From positions 1,446,422 to 1,510,421 of the forward strand of contig OZ244170.1 in NCBI GenBank assembly GCA_965216565.1: a DNA stretch of 64,000 nt, written 5' to 3'. A program made the position numbers and the translations under genes. The notes below the pieces were generated by a model. That model searched no databases and was not told where the DNA came from. It saw only the letters and a list, made by a program, of their open reading frames with translations. Every line of letters begins with the position of its first letter. Within the stretch, counting starts at the first letter, position 1. The DNA is from Bythopirellula sp. GTDB lineage: Bacteria; Planctomycetota; Planctomycetia; Pirellulales; Lacipirellulaceae. Below, piece by piece: positions 55,326-63,719 of this stretch.

Positions 55326-55340
55326 GTGGCACACAAAATG
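55326..55340 (+). promoter_or_regulatory. sigma54-like promoter (TGGCAC-N5-ATGC), divergent from the groES promoter
   Basis: GTGGCACACAAAATGCAG, 90 nt upstream of the small ORF at 55430. Confidence 0.45.
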
Positions 55341-55429
55341 CAGTTCGGTAGAGTCAATGCGTGAGCCACCTCTGGCGGGTAATGACTCGCCAGGTTCACG
55401 CGACTCTCCCAGTGCGAAGGAGCACACCA

Positions 55430-55549
55430 ATGGGCGACAAAGGAAAGGGTGCCAAAGTCGATAAAAAATCGTCTTCTGCCAAGGCACCAAGTGGTAGCAA
55501 GGACACCACCAAACCCGAGTCCGGGAAGCCTTCTGGCAAGAAGGCGTAA
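55430..55549 (+). CDS. 39-aa Lys/Ser-rich mini-protein
   Basis: AAGGAG lies 7 nt upstream of the ATG. Sequence: MGDKGKGAKVDKKSSSAKAPSGSKDTTKPESGKPSGKKA. Confidence 0.45.
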   Translation: MGDKGKGAKVDKKSSSAKAPSGSKDTTKPESGKPSGKKA

Positions 55550-55720
55550 GTCTTGCCCCGAATACCGCCGAGCCGTTGCCATCTCTCGTACGACGGCTCT
55601 GGCGGCGGGTCTTATATTTGAAAATCAATCCTTAGGTCAAATTCAGGCTTTATTGCTGGGGTGCTGAAACCTTCCCTTCTCGTTAAATCGACAGAAGAAG
55701 GGGTTGCAGGACAGGAATTT

Positions 55721-55743
55721 GCAGCTACAGTATTTGTAGCTGC
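55721..55743 (+). terminator. 9-bp hairpin (terminator or regulatory)
   Basis: GCAGCTACA (55721-55729) pairs with TGTAGCTGC (55735-55743). Confidence 0.35.
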
Positions 55744-55784
55744 GCAATCATGCCCTGCACCGTCACCTCGCTGAAATCTCTACC

Positions 55785-56300
55785 ATGTCGAAAGCCACCA
55801 TTACTCGAGACGAGTTCCTTGAAGACCGGCAGGGTAGGACTTTCACGGATGTTCTGAATGACCCTGAGCAGCCTTTCGACGAAGTACTTGAGTTTTTCAG
55901 TGATGAAGACCGGCAACGACGCATGGAAGAGTCGGAACTACATCATGAACGTGCCCCACTCGCAGGAGTAGTACGAGAACTTGAATCGATTCCAGCCATC
56001 GATCTATTTCTCTCAGAAATCCATGCACAGCGAACGCTGCGATTACGGCAAGCAATTGGGGTCTTAGTGCGAATTATCATGCACCGCCGTGGCTGGAAGA
56101 AAACTGGCAAGAAGGGCTCGCTGGGCGTTCGTGCCACTGCTTCCGAGAATTCACCTTCTTGCAACACCGGTGGCCTGGCATTTTGGTTCATCCGAGCGGA
56201 ACGGTATCAGCTCAGATCAGGAATGCCGTTCCAAACCGCAGCCGAACGATTTCACGAATTACAAGTCACTCAAGCGGAACCTGCCGCTGGTGAGCGTTGA
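55785..56300 (+). CDS. Hypothetical protein
   Basis: 171-aa ORF with no recognised motif. Confidence 0.5.
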   Translation: MSKATITRDEFLEDRQGRTFTDVLNDPEQPFDEVLEFFSDEDRQRRMEESELHHERAPLAGVVRELESIPAIDLFLSEIHAQRTLRLRQAIGVLVRIIMHRRGWKKTGKKGSLGVRATASENSPSCNTGGLAFWFIRAERYQLRSGMPFQTAAERFHELQVTQAEPAAGER

Positions 56301-56564
56301 AGCTCACCTTGGACAAACCTCACGTCACGCACTAATCCATCCGCAGTATCGATCAGAGACGAGGGCTTCGCCTGCCGCATTCGCGTCGAAGGCGTAGACA
56401 TCGCAGGTCAGATACTAGCTTGTCTAAGCAAGGCTTTCGTATTCAAGACGAGTGAGCCGATGGAGAAGAGCCGGCATCCGCCGCAGTGCATCTTCCGGGT
56501 GGCGTATGGATCTCAGTTCTCTTATCGCAAGCTAGTCGGGCTCCTCTCTGCGATTCCGGGGTTA

Positions 56565-56663
56565 GGACTGCGGATGGAACCACCTAGCACGGAAACGGAT
56601 TGGAGAGAAACCAGGAATGATTAGCAATTATTCGTGTCACAAGAACGATTTCCCAAGGAGGGA
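56565..56663 (+). promoter_or_regulatory. GGA-motif cluster (9 GGA in 99 nt) in the csrA copy 2 leader: candidate CsrA-binding autoregulatory leader or sponge RNA
   Basis: GGA at 56565, 56572, 56576, 56591, 56597, 56602, 56614, 56657 and 56661. The last two overlap the Shine-Dalgarno AAGGAGGGAG. Confidence 0.5.
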
Positions 56664-56666
56664 GCG

Positions 56667-56900
56667 ATGTTGATACTGAGCCGAAGGAAACAGGAAAGCA
56701 TCTGGATTAGCGACGATATTGTCGTGACGGTGCTTGAGATTCAGCGGAACAAAGTGCGCATTGGCATCGATGCTCCGAAGGAAATCCCTGTTCTGCGTAC
56801 TGAACTGCAGCACCGTATTTTAGATTCAGCACGACGTGATTCCCGTTCTAGGGTCACCGACGATACGGAAACCGCCTTGGAAAAAAAGGTGCCGTCATGA
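56667..56900 (+). CDS. csrA: Carbon storage regulator CsrA family protein, copy 2
   Basis: MLILSRRKQESIWISDDIVVTVLEIQRNKVRIGIDAPKEIPVLRTEL. Confidence 0.9.
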   Translation: MLILSRRKQESIWISDDIVVTVLEIQRNKVRIGIDAPKEIPVLRTELQHRILDSARRDSRSRVTDDTETALEKKVPS

Positions 56901-57463
56901 CGTTGAGCCAAGTCGTTGTTAGCACACCCAGATACGTCCTGATGGATGGGAGTCGCCGTATTGGGCCCGAAGCGGAGCCATTGTGTTTGGGAAATCAGTG
57001 CTTGCCGATATATGGATTTTCAGGCAAGGCTCTCTATGACAAGTTTTTGTCGCAAAGTGAACTGGCATTAACGCCTTATCCACTGGTTGGAGGCTATCTG
57101 CGGAATCAAATTGAATCAGCAGGCGATAGCCTCATGCTTGTGGCAATTGACCCAGCAGGGATCCAGGAGCCTTATTTGCAAGCGGCAACGATGGCGGCTG
57201 TGTTGGAAGCACAGAAAACCAATGCGATGCACGTGACTGCGAATTATCGGCTGGTGTTCGATCAACTAGCGGATGCTTACAGAGTGGAAGAAGCTTCAAA
57301 ATCGAGTAAAGGATCCACCGGCAGAGCCGGTGGCTTTCAGGTGAGAGCCCATAGGGCTCGCTTATTCAATTCAAACGAACTTCAAAACCAACAGCAGAAA
57401 ACTCAGACGGCGGAGCCTAATATCTCTGACCACGTCCAGAGGACGTGGTTTTACCTTCGGTAA
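56897..57463 (+). CDS. Hypothetical protein translationally coupled to csrA copy 2 (not FliW-like)
   Basis: ATGA overlap with the csrA stop. 188 aa with no motif I recognise. Confidence 0.6.
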   Translation: MTLSQVVVSTPRYVLMDGSRRIGPEAEPLCLGNQCLPIYGFSGKALYDKFLSQSELALTPYPLVGGYLRNQIESAGDSLMLVAIDPAGIQEPYLQAATMAAVLEAQKTNAMHVTANYRLVFDQLADAYRVEEASKSSKGSTGRAGGFQVRAHRARLFNSNELQNQQQKTQTAEPNISDHVQRTWFYLR

Positions 57464-57530
57464 TCAATAGACACCTTCGATGACGAGTAGACAGGTGCAG
57501 CTGTCAGACTTCACAAAAGGAATCAAGACC

Positions 57531-57728
57531 ATGAATTGGGATCAGATCAAAAGTAACTGGGAGGTAGTGAGTGACGAGATCAAGAGAACTTGGGGGAAAT
57601 TGAGCGAAGCCGATATTGTCGGCATCGCCGGCCAGCGCGATCAGCTCGCGAGTATGCTGGAAGAACGATACGGATACGCGCCTGTCGTGGCGCAAAACAA
57701 GGTCGACGAGTTTGCCCAGAGACTGTAG
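57531..57728 (+). CDS. CsbD-family general stress protein
   Basis: MNWDQIKSNWEVVSDEIKRTWGKLSEADI...RDQLASMLEERYGY. Confidence 0.85.
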   Translation: MNWDQIKSNWEVVSDEIKRTWGKLSEADIVGIAGQRDQLASMLEERYGYAPVVAQNKVDEFAQRL

Positions 57729-57729
57729 C

Positions 57730-57746
57730 GGTAGCTTGTAGCTACC
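57730..57746 (+). terminator. 7-bp hairpin immediately after csbD-like gene
   Basis: GGTAGCT, loop TGT, AGCTACC. Confidence 0.35.
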
Positions 57747-57849
57747 TCATGCTGCTTACTGACGTCGCAAGACTACAAACGCGGGCCGCACCTGCAGATC
57801 GCTCGCACATCTATCGGTAAAGCAGGTCTTTAAACGATAAGGAGTTCGC

Positions 57850-59619
57850 ATGTTACGCTTGGAAGGGATTCCCATTTCGCCTGGTTTCGCAAGTGGGACT
57901 GCTGTTGTCTATGACTATGAACTCGGGAGACGGATTGAAGTGTTGCACTCCAATTTTTCGCCCGTGGATGTTGAATCTGAATGGAAACGGCTCGACAGTG
58001 CATTAGAACTATCACGTAGGGATTTGCAGCTGCTGGAACAGACTTCGTCAAAGCGACCTAATCTGAGCAAATCGGTGGCGCTTCTGTCGGCCCATTCGGC
58101 GATGACGCACGAAATAGCCGAGCTGGTCAAGCAACACGTTGGCCGAGAACTGGTCAATGCAGAAGAAGCGCTTGATTCGGTGATCTGCCATTGGGTGGAA
58201 CGATTGCAACGGCTCGACAACGACTATCTGCGGCAGAGGGAGCAAGACGTCCGGGATGTGGGAAGAAGGATGACAAGGAATCTAGCGGGCACTCTGCCGT
58301 GGAGCAAAGGCCCCTTGCCACCCGGATCGATCATTGTCGCTCGAGAGCTTTTGCCGTCAGAAGCCATAGAGCTTGCGAATTGTGGCGTGGCGGCGATTGT
58401 CACTGAACACGGTGGGAAATACAGCCATACCGCCATCCTCGCTAGATCGTTAGATATTCCCGCTGTCACGAGCATTCTCCACGCGACTTCTGAAATTCAT
58501 CCTGGAATGAAATTGCTCGTAGATGGCCAGAGTGGAAATGTAACGTTAGCGCCATCCGAGTCCGATGAAGAATCTTTTGCAGAGCGAAAACAAAACTACG
58601 AAATTCTGGTCGCGTCACTGGTCGCTAAAGAGGATGCGCCTTGTACAACTCAGGACGGCATAGAACTCTCGCTACTGGCCAACATCGGAGTTCCCGAGGA
58701 GGTTGAAGCCGTGGCGAAACACGGTTTTGCTGGGGTCGGGTTATTTCGAACAGAGTTTCTCTTTCTTGAATCACTTGAGCGTCCTAGCGTACAAACACAG
58801 GTCGAAATGTATGACAAGATGGCGAAGGGTCTCGATGGTCAACCATTGGTCATTCGCACTTTCGATCTCGGTGGTGACAAACTGCCGCCGTTTCTCCTGA
58901 ATGAGGATTTGGAGACGCATCGCAAGCTTCATTTGCGGGGCTTGCGATTCTCACTCGCCGAGCGAGTCCTCCTGGAAGAGCAACTACAGGCAATTTTACA
59001 GGTCGCTCAAACGTCGGACGTACACATCTTGTTTCCCATGGTGATCGGCGGTGATGACTTGGCGCAGGCCCTTGCCGCAGTCGACCGTGTCGTCAAGAAG
59101 TTTGGCTTCCTGCGAACTCCTCCAATCGGGGCAATGATTGAAACGCCAGCAGCACTGTATTCCCTAGACGAGATTCTCGATCTTGCGGACTTTGTAGCCA
59201 TCGGTACGAATGATCTCACCCAATACATGCTTGCCACGGATCGGGAATTGGAAGCAGGCAAGAACGATTGCACTGCTATGCACCCGGCTGTCCTTAGAGC
59301 AATTAAGCAGGTCGTCTTGGCAGCAGAAAAGCATCAGTGTCCCGTCTGCGTATGCGGTGAAGAGGCCGGAGACGCTGACTTCGCGTGTTTGCTTATGGGA
59401 CTGGGCATCCGCGAATTAAGTCTCAGCCTAGGACGAGGTGTCGTTATCCGTGAGGCTTTGCACGGAATCAAATCGCAGGAAGCGCGAGAGACCGCAGACC
59501 AGGCCCTTCGATGCCAAAACCCAATAGAAGTACGCAAACTGCTCGCTGCTCTGCGCACCAATGTGGCTGAGTCGACTCCGTCTTTCCTGGATGCCCCGGC
59601 TAAGCAAGATGCACAATAA
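57850..59619 (+). CDS. ptsI: Phosphoenolpyruvate-protein phosphotransferase (PTS enzyme I)
   Basis: GGKYSHTAILARSLDIPAV (active-site His), FFRTEFLF-like GLFRTEFLFL and IGTNDLTQY. No GAF domain. Confidence 0.9.
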   Translation: MLRLEGIPISPGFASGTAVVYDYELGRRIEVLHSNFSPVDVESEWKRLDSALELSRRDLQLLEQTSSKRPNLSKSVALLSAHSAMTHEIAELVKQHVGRELVNAEEALDSVICHWVERLQRLDNDYLRQREQDVRDVGRRMTRNLAGTLPWSKGPLPPGSIIVARELLPSEAIELANCGVAAIVTEHGGKYSHTAILARSLDIPAVTSILHATSEIHPGMKLLVDGQSGNVTLAPSESDEESFAERKQNYEILVASLVAKEDAPCTTQDGIELSLLANIGVPEEVEAVAKHGFAGVGLFRTEFLFLESLERPSVQTQVEMYDKMAKGLDGQPLVIRTFDLGGDKLPPFLLNEDLETHRKLHLRGLRFSLAERVLLEEQLQAILQVAQTSDVHILFPMVIGGDDLAQALAAVDRVVKKFGFLRTPPIGAMIETPAALYSLDEILDLADFVAIGTNDLTQYMLATDRELEAGKNDCTAMHPAVLRAIKQVVLAAEKHQCPVCVCGEEAGDADFACLLMGLGIRELSLSLGRGVVIREALHGIKSQEARETADQALRCQNPIEVRKLLAALRTNVAESTPSFLDAPAKQDAQ

Positions 59620-59839
59620 CAAGAAACCCGAACCACTGAATCCTTGTCCGAGGCCAGGAAAGTGTCCTGTCTGTGGCTTTTCGACGTATTCATTGAACGG
59701 TATTCATCCACAGTGTGCCGTCTCACAGGCGGATGAACCGCGACGCCTACGATTGGTTGCTGAAAGAAAGGCGAAAATCGATCTGGTAAAGAGGGACGTC
59801 GGAAGGACGGAAATCATTGAAGGGACTCAACCCCTATGA
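59609..59839 (+). CDS. Small zinc-binding hypothetical protein
   Basis: CPVCG...HPQC. It overlaps the ptsI 3' end. Confidence 0.4.
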   Translation: MHNNKKPEPLNPCPRPGKCPVCGFSTYSLNGIHPQCAVSQADEPRRLRLVAERKAKIDLVKRDVGRTEIIEGTQPL

Positions 59840-59891
59840 CTGGACGATGCAGCGATGTTACTCCTCCCGTTCCCTCGTAAGAAATCCACAA

Positions 59892-62225
59892 ATGGCCTAT
59901 TCCCACTTACGTAAAATCGCCTTCGTTGGTGACTATTTGCCGCGCAAATGCGGCATCGCCACGTTTACCCACGATCTCCGCAGCGCGGTGGCCCAATTCG
60001 CCCCGTCCGAATGTATCGTCGTTCCAGTAGATGACTTGGCTGACAGCTACGATTACCCGTCCGAGGTGCGATTCCAGATCGCTGAACAAGATCTGGACTC
60101 CTATCGACGTGCGGCTGACTTCATCAATTTCAGCGAGATCGACGTAGTTTCACTGCAACATGAATTCGGGATCTATGGGGGACCTGCAGGAGGTCACATT
60201 CTGACGTTCTTACGTGACCTGCGATGTCCGGTGGTAACAACCCTTCACACGGTGCTACCCGAACCGAGCGTTGATCAGCGGCGTGTGATGGACCAGCTAG
60301 TGGAGCTTTCAACACGGCTGGTCGTGATGACCCAACGCAGCAAGTCCATGCTTCAAGAAGTCTACAAAGTTCCAGAACACAAGATCGATCACATTGTACA
60401 TGGTATTCCGGATCGTCCCTTTGCTGATCCTAATTACTATAAGGACCAGTTTGGTGTCGAAGGTAAGTACGTGGGACTAACTTTTGGTTTACTTTCCCCC
60501 AACAAGGGAATCGAAACCGTCCTAACGGCACTACCGGAGGTCATTCGGGAAGTGCCGAATTTTGTGTATCTCATCCTGGGAGCAACCCATCCTAGCTTGG
60601 TTCGGTCTGAAGGTGAAACGTATCGGATCAGCCTAGAGCGGATGGCCAAGGAATTGGGAATTCAGAAGCACGTCAGCTTCTACAATCGCTTTGTGGAATT
60701 GCGCGAGTTGACCGACTTCATTGGTGCCGCCGACTTGTACATCACACCCTACTTGAACGCCGCCCAGGCTGTCTCTGGGACACTGGCCTACTCCTTTGGT
60801 TGCGGGCAAGCAGTGATCTCAACGCCCTATTGGCACGCCGAAGAATTGCTGGCCGACGACCGTGGCGTTCTTGTTCCATTTGCTGATTCCCCGGCGCTCG
60901 CTCGGGAGATGATCGCCCTGCTGGGTGACGATAAGCGCCGTCACGCCATGCGAAAGCGTGCCTATCTCCTCGGGCGAGAGATGGTTTGGAGTCATGTCGC
61001 CGGTTTGTACCTCAAATCCTTCGAGGCCGCACGGCGCAGTCGCAGCCACGTACCGAAACCGCTGGCAGTTCGAACCTTGGAAGAGCAGCAGCTTATCATG
61101 CCGCGTTTGAATCTCGACCACCTGATGCGAATGACCGATTCGACCGGCATCCAGCAACATGCTTGTTATTCAATTCCAAACCATCGCGAAGGCTACTGTA
61201 CCGATGACAATGCCAGGGCATTGATACTGACAGTGCTGTTAGAAGAACTGGGGATGGATTCGCGAGAAGTACATCAGGCCGCGTCGACGTACGCTGCCTT
61301 CCTCAACTATGGATTTGATCCAGAGACTGGACGATTTCGCAACTTCATGAGTTACGACCGGCAATGGTTGGAACGGGACGGTTCGGACGATTCGCAAGGT
61401 CGGTCGATCTGGGCTCTGGGTACCTGCATCGGTCGATCACATCGGCGTAGTGTTCAGTCCTGGGCGGTTCAATTGTTCGAAAAGGCGTTGCCTACCTGCG
61501 CTGAGACAACTTCCCCGCGTACTTGGGCCCATATACTGATTGGCATCCACGAATACTTACGTCGATTCAGCGGCGACCGACTCGTCAATCAAGTACGCGA
61601 GGTGCTGACTGACAAACTGATTACATTGTATGAAAACTCGGCAACGGAGGATTGGCCCTGGTTCGAGGACGTGGCATCTTACAACAATGCCAGGATTTCG
61701 CAGGCATTGATTCTCAGCGGACGTTGGAGTTGCAACGAGCGAGCCACTCAAATCGGGCTTCGATCTTTGCGGTGGTTGGCAGAACAGCAACTGTCACCGT
61801 CGGGTCGATTTCGCCCTATCGGGTGCAATGGCTTTTGCCGCCGAGGTGAGCCGGCCGCCGAATATGACCAACAGCCTATCGAAGCGCATGCGATGGTGTC
61901 TGCTGCGATTGAAGCGTTCGCCGCTACCGACGATAGTTTTTGGTGCGAACAGGCGCATCTTGCATTCGACTGGTTCCTAGGTCGCAACGATCTTGGGCAA
62001 TCTATATACGACACCGGCACCGGCGGCTGTCACGATGGTCTGCAAGAGAATCGCGTCAACGAGAACCAAGGTGCCGAATCAACCTTGGCGTTCTTACTAT
62101 CTTTGGCGGAGATGGAACTACTTGAGAACTCCTTCGCGGCATTCAAGTCGAAGCCTACTGAGGCAAGAATTGCCCACGCGAAGCCAGAGACCCCGAGACT
62201 AACGCATGCAGATGGAACTTACTAA
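59892..62225 (+). CDS. Glycosyltransferase family 4 (GT-B) with ~380-aa C-terminal extension
   Basis: RKIAFVGDYLPRKCGIATF..., EP.G..L.EA-like region LYITPYLNAAQAVSGTLAYSFGCGQAVIST. Confidence 0.8.
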   Translation: MAYSHLRKIAFVGDYLPRKCGIATFTHDLRSAVAQFAPSECIVVPVDDLADSYDYPSEVRFQIAEQDLDSYRRAADFINFSEIDVVSLQHEFGIYGGPAGGHILTFLRDLRCPVVTTLHTVLPEPSVDQRRVMDQLVELSTRLVVMTQRSKSMLQEVYKVPEHKIDHIVHGIPDRPFADPNYYKDQFGVEGKYVGLTFGLLSPNKGIETVLTALPEVIREVPNFVYLILGATHPSLVRSEGETYRISLERMAKELGIQKHVSFYNRFVELRELTDFIGAADLYITPYLNAAQAVSGTLAYSFGCGQAVISTPYWHAEELLADDRGVLVPFADSPALAREMIALLGDDKRRHAMRKRAYLLGREMVWSHVAGLYLKSFEAARRSRSHVPKPLAVRTLEEQQLIMPRLNLDHLMRMTDSTGIQQHACYSIPNHREGYCTDDNARALILTVLLEELGMDSREVHQAASTYAAFLNYGFDPETGRFRNFMSYDRQWLERDGSDDSQGRSIWALGTCIGRSHRRSVQSWAVQLFEKALPTCAETTSPRTWAHILIGIHEYLRRFSGDRLVNQVREVLTDKLITLYENSATEDWPWFEDVASYNNARISQALILSGRWSCNERATQIGLRSLRWLAEQQLSPSGRFRPIGCNGFCRRGEPAAEYDQQPIEAHAMVSAAIEAFAATDDSFWCEQAHLAFDWFLGRNDLGQSIYDTGTGGCHDGLQENRVNENQGAESTLAFLLSLAEMELLENSFAAFKSKPTEARIAHAKPETPRLTHADGTY

Positions 62226-62232
62226 GGTCGTA

Positions 62233-63702
62233 ATGTCAAACAACTTCATCAATCTCAGGCGAGCCGGAACGGTCCTCAAACCGGACCAGTCACGCGTTCT
62301 ATTACGACCGTTTAGTCCCGGAGATTCACAGCGAACCAGCAGGATCATCACCCGGATAATGGCCCTCCCGGAAAAACAGGTTGGCCATCTACTAGATGAA
62401 GTTACCGCCGAGTTCTCTCAGCGACACCGGGAAATTCGCCGAATGTTTCTGGAGCGTTTCGAACAGGTCAGACAAGAACATGATCCGGAAGGAGACTTAT
62501 CCGAAGCAAGAAGACTGTTGATCGGCTCCTACTTCCTCGCCGAATACACTCTCGAATCCGCCGCGCTTTTTAATCCCTCGATCGTGAGGCACCCGGACCA
62601 AGCCGGTTTGCCGCCGGGAGCCCTGCGGTTCATACTCAGCCTGCGCGCAACGGGAGAAGGCCACATCTCTTCGATCACCTTTCGGACCGGTATCATACAC
62701 TCAAATAATCAGATCGAAGTACTGGACGCTGCTGGCTACCTCACGGAGCCGCGGCAAATCCCTAACCCGGCCTATGGAAAGGGCTTGTTCACACGGAAAC
62801 TTCAAGAGCTGGGATTCAACAGTGAGTTCACAGGCCGGGTCCTAGACAGACTGGGTGATTCGTTCGACATGCAAGAACTTCGAGCCGCCCTCAATGCTGA
62901 ATTGGATCAGGAACGTCATTTGCAAGGCGTTTTGCAGGAAGACCAGGACACCGCTCACGGGATCTGGATGCTGGCTCAGTCCAACTACGAAGTCCAATTT
63001 CAGCCCGAACAACAGCTTTCCGAGCGCATTCTGTTTCCAGCCACGCCGTCACAGAGCAACGGCATCGAAGATGCGAGGTTTGTCCGCTTCCAAAATGATG
63101 ATGGCAGCTACATCTACTACGCAACTTTCACCGCCTTCGATGGCAAAGTAGTCATGCCCGAGCTGGTGGAAACCGTTGATTTCCTTCGTTTCCGCTTCAT
63201 CACTTTAAATGGGCCAGCAGCGCAAAACAAAGGCATGGCCATGTTCCCTCGAAAAATCAACGGACACTATGCGATGCTCGCGCGGCAGGACAACGAGAGT
63301 ATCTATCTCAGCTACTCCGACAACGTCCATTTCTGGAATGAACGCCAAGTGCTGCTCAGGCCGACCTTCTCGTGGGAGCTAATCCAAATCGGGAATTGTG
63401 GGTCACCCATAGAAACCGATGCTGGCTGGCTGGTACTAAGTCACGGTGTTGGCCCATTGCGCAGATACTGTATCGGTGCGTTCCTGTTGGACCGCGACGA
63501 TCCGAGCAAGGTTATTGGACGCCTGCGCACACCCCTACTTGAGCCCAACGAGAACGAGCGAAAGGGCTACGTACCGAACGTTGTCTACACGTGTGGCGCA
63601 TTGGTACACAAAAGCGAACTCATCATCCCGTATGGATTGGCTGACCATGCTACAGGTTTTGCAACTGTTCCCGTTGGGGACGTTTTGGCAGCGATGGAGT
63701 GA
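62233..63702 (+). CDS. GH130-family glycoside phosphorylase/hydrolase-like protein with N-terminal extension
   Basis: IEDARFVRF, KGMAMFPRKINGHYAML, GWLVLSHGVG...YCIGAFLLDRDDPSKVIGR, GYVPNVVYTCG and IPYGLADH. The ATG at 62233 lies after the upstream stop; alternative start at 62206. Confidence 0.8.
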   Translation: MSNNFINLRRAGTVLKPDQSRVLLRPFSPGDSQRTSRIITRIMALPEKQVGHLLDEVTAEFSQRHREIRRMFLERFEQVRQEHDPEGDLSEARRLLIGSYFLAEYTLESAALFNPSIVRHPDQAGLPPGALRFILSLRATGEGHISSITFRTGIIHSNNQIEVLDAAGYLTEPRQIPNPAYGKGLFTRKLQELGFNSEFTGRVLDRLGDSFDMQELRAALNAELDQERHLQGVLQEDQDTAHGIWMLAQSNYEVQFQPEQQLSERILFPATPSQSNGIEDARFVRFQNDDGSYIYYATFTAFDGKVVMPELVETVDFLRFRFITLNGPAAQNKGMAMFPRKINGHYAMLARQDNESIYLSYSDNVHFWNERQVLLRPTFSWELIQIGNCGSPIETDAGWLVLSHGVGPLRRYCIGAFLLDRDDPSKVIGRLRTPLLEPNENERKGYVPNVVYTCGALVHKSELIIPYGLADHATGFATVPVGDVLAAME

Positions 63703-63719
63703 GCGAAGGTTTGCACACC

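Noticed and set aside
55093-55330. Search for a CIRCE operator or a sigma32 heat-shock promoter upstream of groES. A CTTGAAAA string occurs on the minus strand near 55290.
   Set aside because: There is no TTAGCACTC-N9-GAGTGCTAA-like inverted repeat. The CTTGAAA string is not followed by a CCCCAT-like -10 element at appropriate spacing.
55061-55582. 173-aa minus-strand ORF spanning the groES upstream region.
   Set aside because: It overlaps the groES start and both sigma54 promoter elements. It has a Trp/Cys/His-rich atypical composition and no RBS.
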